NCBI GenBank assembly: GCA_001599295.1
Contig: BCGN01000008.1
Coordinates: 1 to 64,000, forward strand
Direction of reading: 5' to 3'
From: Sporopachydermia quercuum
Taxonomy: Eukaryota
DNA length: 64,000 bases
This document shows positions 33,136 through 44,368 of the stretch, piece after piece. Under the pieces are notes generated by a model, which saw nothing but the letters and a program-made list of their open reading frames with translations, did no database searches and had not been told where the DNA came from. The translations under genes and the position numbers were made by a program. Numbering within the stretch: position 1 is the stretch's first letter; every line of letters starts with the position of its first letter.

Positions 33136-34752
33136 ATGAATCATTCGGGCACTTCAGACACAGATAGGATCACAATATCAGAGTCAAAAGAGTTGAAAGT
33201 ATCCAATTCTGATAGTAGTAATGAACGTGGTAGTTGTATATTAGATTTACCTATTGAGNTGATCAGGGAAATTCTGGAATTAACGCTTGATGCTAATTCA
33301 ATAGCAGAATTGTCCTCAACTTGCAAAAGATTCCGACAAACACTTCTGCCTGTACAATTCTCATCAGTAAGACTATCAATAGTCAAGGATGTGGTGCTAG
33401 ATAATACAATATCGATTAGAGATAATTCAAGAATCTTTGTACAGTGCTTGAAGAAGAATGAAGAATTAGGATTACCATCAATTGCTTCCTGCATTAGAGC
33501 TATAGATATACCATGCGGTTGCGATGAAGAGACAATAGATTACCTCTGTCAAAAACTTAATCTTTTGGCGGTAAGAATAGTTAATTTCAAGCATCAGCCG
33601 ATTGTAAATAAATTTCTTGAACATAGTCTACACACAGTGCAGATAGCGACTGATGACGGTGACATAAGAATTCTAAATAATTTAACTAACTTGAAGAGGA
33701 TAGATATATTTGTTGGAANTAATAGTTTGGATATAGACAAGTTTGGAAACCTACCCATTTCATCGTACGATCCGGAAACATTTCTATTCTCTAATATCAA
33801 AATCTTGTCAGTTAGTGGAAATATTGATAATCAACCAAAAGTCCTTAGATATACGGCCAATCTCCTGAGGTCTGGTTTTAAGAGACTGAAATTTTTGGCT
33901 ATAGGTCCTTCTTACTCTTCATACTTTCTTTCAACGCGGAAGAATGATGGAAACACGTCTATTATATCGCGAGAGTGTGCTTCTGTATTGTGTGATGTGC
34001 TGGAACAGATACAGCGCAAGGACTACATCCGAACTTTGCAACTGAATGATTTTTTGATTCGAGGATTGTCAATTGTTTTCCTAGCGTCAGTTGGTAACAC
34101 TTCCGGAGTACAATTGTTACAAATAGTGAGTTTTGATCGTGTAAGACTATCTTTGCTTCTAAAAAGGGAAGTCTACATTGCTTTTTTTGGTCTCTTTCCA
34201 AATCTAAGGGCATGTTCAATAATATTATCGTCAAGAGTTTCTACAGAAATAGATGAAACATTCAATCACCCTTTTACTTATACTCGCATCAAACAAGAGC
34301 ATGATATCTATGGTTTTTTCGAAAGTTCAAGAATTGAATGCTCCAAACTTCAAACAATTACAGTTGAAGAAGGATTCCATGAACTACAAGATAATGACCA
34401 CATGTATAAAATTCATAATAGTTCTTTATCACCACCCACAGAGCGAAACTTCCTGATGCATGAATATTGTGATCCACGATATAGTGCAATGAGAATTATT
34501 GAGTTACAATCTTCGATAGCTACGTCTAGAAGTGTTTCATTTATCTTATACAGGACTCCTAGAATGTTCTCTATCAAACACAAATCTCAACCAGAAACTA
34601 TCATTGGCAGGTCTAATTTCATAATAGATATCTCAAAACATTGTGAAGGCAAAGAATTCACATTTGCTGATGGTTCTAAGCTGAATTATAATTTTTTATG
34701 GTCATTTATCGATTCAGCTGCCTGTTTGAACGTCTTAGAGAGTCTCAGGTAA
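33136..34752 (+). CDS. F-box protein with degenerate LRR-like region (paralog 2)
   Basis: ILDLPIEXIREILEL...IAELSSTCKRFRQTLLPVQF; LKRIDI, IKILSV, LKFLAI, IRTLQL; shares C-terminal motifs with paralog 1. Confidence 0.75.
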   Translation: MNHSGTSDTDRITISESKELKVSNSDSSNERGSCILDLPIEXIREILELTLDANSIAELSSTCKRFRQTLLPVQFSSVRLSIVKDVVLDNTISIRDNSRIFVQCLKKNEELGLPSIASCIRAIDIPCGCDEETIDYLCQKLNLLAVRIVNFKHQPIVNKFLEHSLHTVQIATDDGDIRILNNLTNLKRIDIFVGXNSLDIDKFGNLPISSYDPETFLFSNIKILSVSGNIDNQPKVLRYTANLLRSGFKRLKFLAIGPSYSSYFLSTRKNDGNTSIISRECASVLCDVLEQIQRKDYIRTLQLNDFLIRGLSIVFLASVGNTSGVQLLQIVSFDRVRLSLLLKREVYIAFFGLFPNLRACSIILSSRVSTEIDETFNHPFTYTRIKQEHDIYGFFESSRIECSKLQTITVEEGFHELQDNDHMYKIHNSSLSPPTERNFLMHEYCDPRYSAMRIIELQSSIATSRSVSFILYRTPRMFSIKHKSQPETIIGRSNFIIDISKHCEGKEFTFADGSKLNYNFLWSFIDSAACLNVLESLR

Positions 34753-34930
34753 AGATATTTTGTTGTAATCGATTGGATCTGGCTTTCCAATAATAGAAAT
34801 ACTTGATTCCAAACAATAAACTTTCCATTTGATTCATCGAAATACTACAATTCCCATATCATATACAAATTATTTCAATATATTTTGAATTATTCCATTA
34901 GAAGCAACTATAAACACTAGCTTCTAACGT

Positions 34931-35861
34931 TTAGACCTTGAAAGCCTTACTCTTTCTTCTACCTCTAGCTCTTTCAAACTTACGTCCCTTAGACATAACC
35001 TTAGGAGCCTTACCCTTGTGAGGACCGAAACCGAAGTGTCTGACAGCTTCTCTGGAATTTCTAGGACCTCTGATGAAAAGAGTGTTAGCACCAGTTGGGG
35101 CTCTGACAGCTAATTGATCAAGAGTGATGGTTTCACCACCGGCCTTGATAATTCTAGCTTTAGCACCAGCAGTGAATCTAAGAGCGGCAACAGTGACCTT
35201 AGGAACGTCAACAATTCTGTTATCATCGGTGACAGTACCAATGACAACAACAGTTTTTTCAGAGGCACCAGGTTGCTTAACAGCCTGGGCTATTCTGGAT
35301 AATGAAACAGGAGGTCTGTTGATCTTGGAAAGGAAAAGGTTTCTCAAGACAACTTTGTTGAATGGAGCATCAGTACGACCTAAAATGACGTTAGTAAATC
35401 ATCCTATTGAAAATAGATATTGAAGTGTCACTACTCAAACTGAACTGCTAGGTCAAGATTATGAATCACAAAAAACACAAGTTTCACTGGCAATATTGAT
35501 TGATGAGATTATTCAATCCATCCCTCTAAATATATTGAAAAGAGTCCGCTTTGAAGGAGATCTTCCTGCACCATACTCTTCCTGGTTGAATCGAACACGA
35601 CTTCTTAGTTGGCTGAATCATTCTTCTCTAAAAGACTCCTCATAGATACCAAATTACAACGACGATTCCAAATACTGAATACTTTTCACTTCAATACCCT
35701 TACAAAGCAGGAATGTTACTGTGGATCCTCTTTTAAGTAAAACACATACGAGCCAAGAAACGGTAGAGCTTGACCAAAAGCTTCAAGTAGACATTGTCTG
35801 ACTTGGGAGCCTCACGGTGTCCACTTCTTTGATGTTGTTTAGTAGTTTTATCAATACCCAT
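34931..35861 (-). CDS. RPL18: 60S ribosomal protein L18 (eL18); exons 35861-35750, 35379-34931
   Basis: [46 protein letters not shown]...; intron GTATGT..TACTAAC..TAG. Confidence 0.97.
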
Positions 35862-36506
35862 CTTTGATGATTGAAATAAATCTGCTGGTTATTGAACTAG
35901 CTAAATTAAACAAAACAGATATTCAACTATTATTTCAAATGAATGCTATGCAAGAAAGGAAGATAAACTATTCGAGTAGTGTGAAGATTACATTCTCTAT
36001 GGTTCTGAGAATGAAAGAATGCCATGCACTCTCCTTGCGTCTGTTCCAAGTTTCTGCGTGGATTCCTCTGTTTCCTGCAACTTTCTTTCTTACAACTATG
36101 TACTCTTCCATAATAGAAAAGTACACAGAATATCTATCTGTTCTGTAATGTTAGGACCGTTTTATGAGAAGCCCTTAATAGTATCACGTGATATAGGAAT
36201 TTTGTCAGAAGTTTATTTTACATCTCAATAAAGAAATGAAATAGCGAGTCGAGATATGATGTTGTTCTTCTAGTTTTTACATGTCATATCATGGTGACAC
36301 TTTTCAACATTAAAACAGTAAACTGTACCAAGATCGGAGTTTCTACAAACCAAATCGATTACTATTGTATACCAGAGCGAAGAACAAAAGGTCAACAAGC
36401 TCATCTTTTATTGAAAGAAATATTGGGGATATTATTCTCAGAAATATTTTAGTATTTGGGGATTTGATTTGTTGAAATCCCTAGTAGTCACAGATAGTAT
36501 TTCACA

Positions 36507-37505
36507 ATGTCTGGTACAAGTAACAAGTAAGGACCACAGTCAAGGCCAGTGTTTTCCAAGTGNGCTTTTGTTCTATTTCCTCTTCTCGAAATAGGACCTT
36601 GCTAAATATACTAACTATTATATAAGAAATGACGGTTCATATTCCAACCCGCGTGGAATACCACAAGCACCTTTTGTTGAGAAGGTAGAAGAATACGTCA
36701 AGTCTCCCGAAGATGCTGAATCAGTGTTGGCTTCGTTCCAAGAGATGTTGCAGTAAGTTAAGACTCTATTTTTTCATTCAGAGGAGCTATGAACGAGGTA
36801 GTACGGTATTTTTCCGAGTTGTATGATGATAGTAACTAACTTACAAATGATAGAAAGTATAAGTTCATGGTATGCAAAGTAGAATGAAGATGTTGTGTTA
36901 TGTAAATTTATTTGATATTGAATGAGGTCTGAAGCTAACAAGTTTCATCAGGAATCTGGTAAATTAAATTCTGTCAATAGTTTAAAACAAAAACTCCCTG
37001 AAATAAGGAAAACATTGGAAATGGTGAAGTTTCTAGACTCTAAGAAAGTATGTATAAACCTTTGGGGAAGAATGTCGACACTTGTTCGTTATTAACAATT
37101 TATTCAGGACACCGACGAAGAGATAACAGCCAATTACGAACTAAATGATACATTGTACACAGCTGCCACTGTGAAGCCTACTGAGACAGTTTATTTATGG
37201 TTAGGTGTAAGTTGATATGATATTTGTTCAATGCTGTTGAAGCTTTTTAGATAACTGAATAATCTAACTAGATATATAAGGCTAATGTTATGTTGGAATA
37301 TCCAATACAGGAAGCAATTGATCTGTTGAATAGCAAAATACAATCGGCTGAGAAGAATCTAAAGAATGCGGAGGAAGATTTGGAATTTTTGAGAGAGAAT
37401 ATAACAACCATGGAAGTGAATACAGCAAGGCTTTATAATTGGGATGTTCAACGAAGAAGAGAACTGCGGGAAGCTGAGGTTGCTGCACAAACAGTTAAGG
37501 CTTAG
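36507..37505 (+). CDS. PAC10: Prefoldin subunit 3 (Pac10/Gim2/VBP1); exons 36507-36526, 36627-36752, 36854-36869, 36952-37047, 37108-37206, 37281-37505
   Basis: Spliced product has NPRGIPQAPFVEKVE, QKYKFME, YELNDTLY, VYLWLGANVMLEYP, FLRENITTMEVNTARLYNWDV; five introns, all phase-consistent. Confidence 0.93.
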
Positions 37506-37714
37506 AAGATTGTGTGGCACTCTGAATACTGAATACATGTTTGAAATAAACCCGGAGATGTGGAAAGAAAGATAATAAAACAGATATATATGAAATATTA
37601 ATTAAGGTGCTCAAACCCCGTTTATATTTACATTACGCCTTTAATTACCACCAACCATATTTACCAAGTTGCACTCTTTACTCAAAATATATAGCCATTA
37701 TCATCTTACAAAAG

Positions 37715-38702
37715 TCATCTTCTGACTGTATCGATCAGTTGAGAGAATAGATTGGACTCTCTATCCCATCCTTCTTCTTCATTAGTTTCCCCATCAGGCT
37801 GAACTTCGTTACCCAGTGCGTCCGAAGATGTCTGAGGTTCTTCTTGATGACCTTCAGTGAGCTTTCTCCAAAATGGCACTCTCCAATATTTACCAGGGAT
37901 TACCTCTCTTGTTACCAGTATCCCTAAAGTGAACCCAATCCAACTGGATACCAGTGATGACGGTATAGTGCTTAAAGCTATTTGGGCAACGCATATAAAG
38001 AAGAACACTCTATCCGTCAATATCAGCTTGGATTCTGATGAAGCATTCCATTGGACTTCAAATCGATAAATAGATGGTATCAAATCATAATACTGAACAA
38101 ATAATGCATATATTATACTTGTAGGCCCGCTTGTTATATGACCAAATTTATCGTTCAGATTTGAAGGAAGACATATCTGAAACACAAACAGCACACTGAA
38201 TGTCGTTATTATTGTGTAAACGTATATAACAATAACATAAGACTGAAACCAGAAAAGTTATTCTCGTTAGTAGTTAGGCCCAAAAGAAAAGAAGGGACTA
38301 CAGTCACTGGTATTTAAAACCACCAAAGTATACATACAATAAATTTATGAGAACCCATAATCCTTTCGAGGACCCTGTAATTGTAAAGCAGTATTGTGGC
38401 AAACAATACTTCCGATTCATTGTTATAAACGTTTTGAAACAGTAACAATCTCCACCATTGGTCTAATTACTAGTTAGTTCTCAAGTTCATAGATCATTTT
38501 ATTTATATCGCTAGCATTCTAACCATCCCCAGTCCCATCCAACCTATCACATACTCCATGTCCAAATATATGGTTGCAGTTTCAAATCAAACAAATATTT
38601 CACTCCAAACAGTGAAACTATCACTGGAGCACACACTGTTATATAAACAATATATCTAGAGCAGGGTGTTCCTCCAAATCCTTTCGGGGTATAAGCAAAC
38701 AT
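37715..38702 (-). CDS. DSC2: Dsc E3 ligase complex subunit Dsc2 (UBAC2-like rhomboid pseudoprotease); exons 38702-38555, 38462-38338, 38242-37715
   Basis: PKGFGGTPCSR..KYLFDLKLQPYI..QWWRLLLFQ..NESE..LYNYRVLERIMGSHKF..SGPTSIIYAL; two GTATGT introns. Confidence 0.82.
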
Positions 38703-39090
38703 CGTTCGAGTTATATGAATGAGTCTATGCAATGAGAGATCGTTCTTTATTGTCTNGAAGGTAGCAATCCAACAGATTGAACTTGAGCTCAAAGAAAACT
38801 ATCAACCGTAAATCTATTACAACTCTTTCCTTCCTTTGATACAACATAAGAACCAAAATACTAATAATTGATTGACAAAGGACAACAAACAGAAATAAAC
38901 AGTAAGTTTATGCTTCCTACCTTATCTACTTACCATTCGTACATATATACTATGATTTCTTTTGTGACAATACGAACAAAATAGACCTGATTAATAACTG
39001 TCCGTTAAATTAAGTCCGGTTAGAGANACTAAATATAAATACCATATCTCTTCATCACCGGACAATCAGTGATCTACCGGACAACAACTA

Positions 39091-39096
39091 CCGAGG
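39091..39096 (+). promoter_or_regulatory. FarA/Ctf1/Por1-type CCGAGG motif upstream of PEX8
   Basis: CCGAGG 228 bp upstream of the PEX8 ATG. Confidence 0.45.
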
Positions 39097-39318
39097 TTTT
39101 TCATATGATACTAAATTCAAACCTTGCTTGCTATTCTCTCTTTGAATCGATTGAAAGACAGATGAGAAACCACTAATTGAAAATACAGAATTACTAATTA
39201 TGTATTTAATGTTGAGAACTTGGGAAGAGGCGGTCAAGTTAGGTTATTGAGAACATGCAAAGTGTCAGATATAATGTGTGAAAAGGAGTTGTGATCCAGA
39301 AAGCAAAAAACATACATC

Positions 39319-41662
39319 ATGGATAGATTAGGAGCCCAAGGAAGAGCTATGGCTCAACGAATGATGGAACAACAAAAGTTTGATAACAGTGTTCAAATAT
39401 CACATCAAGGTCAAGTAGCAAGTCAACTTGAGCTTTTATTGAGAGAATTGGTCAATCCTTCTGGAAAGGTGAAACCTGAAGGGTACGTATGAAGCATGAC
39501 CAAGTAGTTTATGTTCGGTTCTTGCAGTATTAGAACCATTTGGCTATACACGATGAATTTTTATTGGCGTAGAATGAAAGAAAGGAAAGGAAACTAACAT
39601 AAATCAGGCTTTTGCAAAATACGGCTTATGAGTTAACAATAGTGATGAACCAACAGAATGTTGCTTTATTGATCCATTGTTTAGTGCAATGTCCTTATTT
39701 ACTATCAGAAAATTTGCTGGACATTTCAGCAGGTTTTAATGTATCAGAAGCTATTAGAAGCGCTGTAACAAGAAAGCATAAAATTTCAGAACCGTCGCTA
39801 TCAATTGATGGGTTTTATACAGGACTCTTGCAAGGATTATCATTGATTACGCTGAAATGGAAACGGATACCTATAATTTCTGGTATTCTGAGAGCTAATA
39901 TAGTTAATGACACAAGATATGTCAGAAATACCATCCGAGAATTAAAGGAAATGCTGATTGAAGATATACACGATACATTTACCAGGTCAGGAGCTCATTC
40001 TTTTGATGTTCTTGCCTTGTGTTTGGTATCTCTTGCTGTTAACTACAGTTCTATTTCTGATCATCACAAGCGTAAACTTCCTTATAAAGAGATATTTACT
40101 TTTGGGATCCGATTGATATTCAGTTCTCATTATGGATTTGAGTGTGGAAATCTTATCGATCCCACGAAACCGTTCAGTTATTCAAGACGGCATTATGAGT
40201 CCTCTTTGAAAGGACCTGTTCTGGCGACTCTTGGTTCTGTTTCGTTAGTAGTCAAGGACTGCGTGATGGTAAGATTGCATTACTTTGATGCAATGGACGC
40301 TTCATTGAATGAGTAAGTTTTGATGCTCATCGGATAATGAATTTTGATAGATTTATAATTAGTAAGCTTTATACTAACATTTGGTAGAATTGTTGCATTC
40401 ACAGATACTATTGCAAGCTCATGGGGAAAAGCATTAGCTATGGACAGAGCTGTGGAAAACGACGAGCTGTTCTGGAAGATAATGAAGTTACAGGTATTTT
40501 CTTTAACTGTTATACTGCAAGCTTATGTTAGCCTTGCATATCACTTGCCCAAAAGAACTGTCTATGCAGGTATGTTATTTTCTGAGGCATATTTCTCATC
40601 GGAATTCTCACCAGATTTCGCACCAGATTTCTATTGTTGAAATCCAATTGATGATTTTACATATACATACTAACATCACCGAAAGTGTATCCACGAATCT
40701 ACTATAAAATTCTTGAGATTTTATTTAATACCAATTTCATACTTGAAAAGATTGGAACTGGTGGCTACTCTCAATACAACTTTGTTTATTTAAGCACTTT
40801 AGATGGGATACTTGATTTATTTCCTAAGGATGCCGAAAATCTGGGTTTAGCTTTTTCAAATAACTGTCACCTTCTGGCCATAAAAAACGATCCAATCGAA
40901 TTTGCCAAGTGCCTATTTATGATCAGCTATTTTGAGCAGTTGATTCAAGTATGCAGTAATGAGTTTTCAGATAAATACATTTTACCAATCGCAAGATTAA
41001 TGCTCACACCTCAAAACAGTTTGCTAGACTATGACACGGAATCTCTTGAACATGTTCGACCTATTTTTGAATCTGCTCATTCTGTAATTTTGGCATCGTT
41101 ATCCGTCCCATCAAATGCTCTAATGAACATTAATATTATACCCGATTATCTTCAAGCAGTGTTGGCACTGTTTCCTCGCACTTTATCTGCACATCAGTTG
41201 CTTTTTGCGGTGGAAAGCATTGCCAAAGCTGTGTATCCACCAGGGGCTATTTATGCAGTTGACAATAAGATAAACCTTGGATCGTTTTTGTTTAATATTT
41301 TGTTCAATAAAGCTGATGTTACTATATCTGGTGTTCCCTTACCAACGAAGCATGGAATTGCAAAACCTCAAGGAGCTGAAGATAATAACGATCCACCGAC
41401 AGTCAGAGCTGCTTTAGGGTCGGCGATCATAGCGGTATTGACTTACAGTGAGATTCAAGAATTAGAATCTTGGCTGGATAGAGTATGGGGACTTATCCAG
41501 AGGACAGGTGATGTGCTGCTTCTAGAGCAACAAGAGCGTGTTTATTTGCTGGATCATTTATGGAAATTGATTTCAGATAAGTTGGATTTGCATAAGGCGA
41601 ATATTGGGATCAAATGGTGGTATGAAACAGTTGCTGGTGTAGTAGAAGCTCCAAGATTGTGA
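39319..41662 (+). CDS. PEX8: Peroxin Pex8; exons 39319-39482, 39608-40312, 40388-40569, 40686-41662
   Basis: Three phase-consistent introns join ORFs 39612, 40440 and 40685. Pex8-like motifs: NQQNVALL..LVQCP, FESAHSVILA, FPRTLSAHQL, GIKWWY. C-terminal PTS1-like -PRL. Confidence 0.75.
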
Positions 41663-42421
41663 TAATGACTACTCTATGGTTATTTGAATATTCTCAGAAA
41701 AAAATTCTCGTTTATTGTTGAATCAAAGTTTTCTGTTCTGCAAGTGCCAGCATTGATTTTTCGTCTACAACTGGAGTGAATGTGGATATTAGTTTTCTAT
41801 TGAGCTACTGGTGGTATTCATGGAATGAGACACCTGTTCAAGAATGGATCCCAATGCATTCTTTCATTGAAAAGTCAAACTGCGAATCGGTGTATAAAAT
41901 ATCATAGAATAAAGCAGTATATTGTTGATTCACTGCATTCCCGAATCGTGAGAGATCTCCTTATCAAACCCCTGATTCAATACATCGGCATGGTTATCAA
42001 TCAATCAGCATATTAATTGTTCAGTATTTGGTATCAATTCCGATATTTTCATACTCTCACTCAACGTTTCTGACAGTATTTTTCGTCAGTGACATTTGTC
42101 ACATACTTTAAAACCTAAACCTTAATTAAATTTGTTTATAAATCATATATTCCATCAAAGTGAAAATTTGAATTTCTCCATCTCTCATACAAAATAAATT
42201 TTTTATTTATCTATGCTTGCGAACTAAACAATGTACCGTTGGATGATATAAGCATCACTAACTTGAATTGGTTTGATAATAGTTCAGAATACTATAGCAT
42301 CTACGGGCTAAGAACTACAAATGTTTTAAGAAAGTTTTATAGTTAAAAGATTGATATTGGTATATTCAATACCAAAGGGTCAACTATCAACTAGTATCTG
42401 TATTACTTTACTTAGTTCATA

Positions 42422-44368
42422 ATGGGCAAACTAGAAAAGAAAGTCCTCTTCGATGAAGAGGACCCATTTGACGACGAATTAGGTAACGAAGATCTTGAAT
42501 TGAAAGTCAATGAAGAGTATGCGAAAAGGTTCAAGCATAATAAAGAACGTGATGAATTGATCAAGCTTGAAGAGAAATATAAAGGAGTTGATCTAAACAA
42601 TCTCTCTGGTCCATCAGATGATAGTTCTGATGAAAGTTCAAATGAAGAAGAAGATGAGTATGGTGAACTTATCACTGAAGAGGTTGAAGAAGGCATCAAC
42701 AAAGTTTTGACTGCTATTCGGAAGAACAGAAAAGACTTATTGTTGAATAAAGAGGTGAAGTTTTTTGAAGATCCTGAAGAGGCTGCAAGAAAGCTCGAAG
42801 AAGTAAAATTAGTGAACTCTAAGGATGAAAAACATAAGCCAATTTACTTAAAAGATTACCATCGTATGAACCTTTTAGATGAAATTGAAAATGACGAAAG
42901 ACCTTTTGCTGTTCAACAGAAAGAAGATAAAGAAAAATTACTGTCTGAAATCAGTAAGCAGTTTGAAGGAGATAACGATGAGGCTGAATCTGACTCCGAG
43001 GATGAGTTTTTAACCAAAAGAAAAGAAGAACGCGAAATAGAACCTGTGGTAATGCCTGATCCAGAAAAAGATAGCGAGAAGTTTTTGAACGATTTCATTT
43101 CCAAAAGAGCATGGATTCCCAGAGAAATTGATAAGGAAACCGGGAAAGAGATTTTACCAACATATGACGAGATTGTCGAATCTGAAGAAGAAGATGACGA
43201 AAAGTTTGATGAAGCTGCTGAAGCCTATGAAACTGCGTACAATTTCAGATTTGAGGACCCAAATGCCGCTGAGATTATGAGTTATGCTAGAAATAGGGCA
43301 ACTATGAGAAGATCTGAAGCAGGAAGAAGGCAAAGGTTACGGGAAGAGAGGAAAAGAAAGAAGATGAGTGAAAAGCAACGCAGAGAACAAGAAATAAATA
43401 GGTTAAAGAAGCTGAGAGTTAGTCAAGTAGCTGATAAGTTAGAAAACGTGAAGGAAGCCTTTGGTGATAATATAACGCCTGAAGTTGACGCTAAGATAAG
43501 CAATCTTATGGCGGAAATGATTGCTAATGGTGATTTCTCTAACGAAGAATGGGACGAAAAAATGCAGCAGATTTTCAATGAAGAGTTCTATGAAGAATCT
43601 TCAAAGAAGCCAAAATGGGATGATGATATAGACATTGGCGATATTGTTTCTGACGATGATGCTGAAGAGTTGTCTTTAAAGACGGAAGAGGAAGAAGAAG
43701 GAGAAGAGGAAAAGGAGAAGGAAGACAATAGTGATGATGACAATGATGATGAAAAGGATCAACCAGCTGAGAATGGAGATGAGGGGGAAGAACAGTTATC
43801 TAATAAGAAAGCCAAACTGAAAGCTAAGAAAGACGTCAAGAAACAACGAAAGGAAGCCAGAGTTAAGGCAGAAGAGCTCGTCAATACTTATATTGATTCA
43901 GTGGTTGAATCTGTTGATGATAATCTTGCCGAACAAAATGATGAAGCTCCAAAATTTAAATACCGTGAAGTTGAACCAGAAACGTTTGGCTTAACTACAA
44001 GAGATATTTTATTTGCTGACGATAAAAAATTAAACCAGTTTATTGGTTTGAAGAAATTTGCTCCCTACAGAGATGTGGACTTAGTCAAGAAAGACAAAAG
44101 AAAGTATGCTAAAGCTCGCAGGTTGAGAGAATGGAGAAAAGAGGTGTTCAATGATGAATCAGGACCAACTGATAGATATATCGAAGAGTTTTTCTCCGTT
44201 GGAATTAAAAACGATAGGAAAGGAAAGTCAGTAAAAGATGACAGGAAGAAGAAGTTTGATAAGGGAGATAAGAAAGTGAAAGATCGGAAAGAAAAAAAGC
44301 AAGTCAAGAAAGAAGCAACAAGTGAAATAGAGAGTGAAAAGAAGCATAAAAGATTTCGCCGACATTAG
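42422..44368 (+). CDS. KRI1: 40S biogenesis factor Kri1
   Basis: LKVNEEYAKRFKHNKERDEL, IYLKDYHR, YNFRFEDP, FKYREVEPETFGLTTRDILFADDKKLNQFIGLKKFAPYR; RRPE-like TGAAAATTT at 42161. Confidence 0.93.
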   Translation: MGKLEKKVLFDEEDPFDDELGNEDLELKVNEEYAKRFKHNKERDELIKLEEKYKGVDLNNLSGPSDDSSDESSNEEEDEYGELITEEVEEGINKVLTAIRKNRKDLLLNKEVKFFEDPEEAARKLEEVKLVNSKDEKHKPIYLKDYHRMNLLDEIENDERPFAVQQKEDKEKLLSEISKQFEGDNDEAESDSEDEFLTKRKEEREIEPVVMPDPEKDSEKFLNDFISKRAWIPREIDKETGKEILPTYDEIVESEEEDDEKFDEAAEAYETAYNFRFEDPNAAEIMSYARNRATMRRSEAGRRQRLREERKRKKMSEKQRREQEINRLKKLRVSQVADKLENVKEAFGDNITPEVDAKISNLMAEMIANGDFSNEEWDEKMQQIFNEEFYEESSKKPKWDDDIDIGDIVSDDDAEELSLKTEEEEEGEEEKEKEDNSDDDNDDEKDQPAENGDEGEEQLSNKKAKLKAKKDVKKQRKEARVKAEELVNTYIDSVVESVDDNLAEQNDEAPKFKYREVEPETFGLTTRDILFADDKKLNQFIGLKKFAPYRDVDLVKKDKRKYAKARRLREWRKEVFNDESGPTDRYIEEFFSVGIKNDRKGKSVKDDRKKKFDKGDKKVKDRKEKKQVKKEATSEIESEKKHKRFRRH

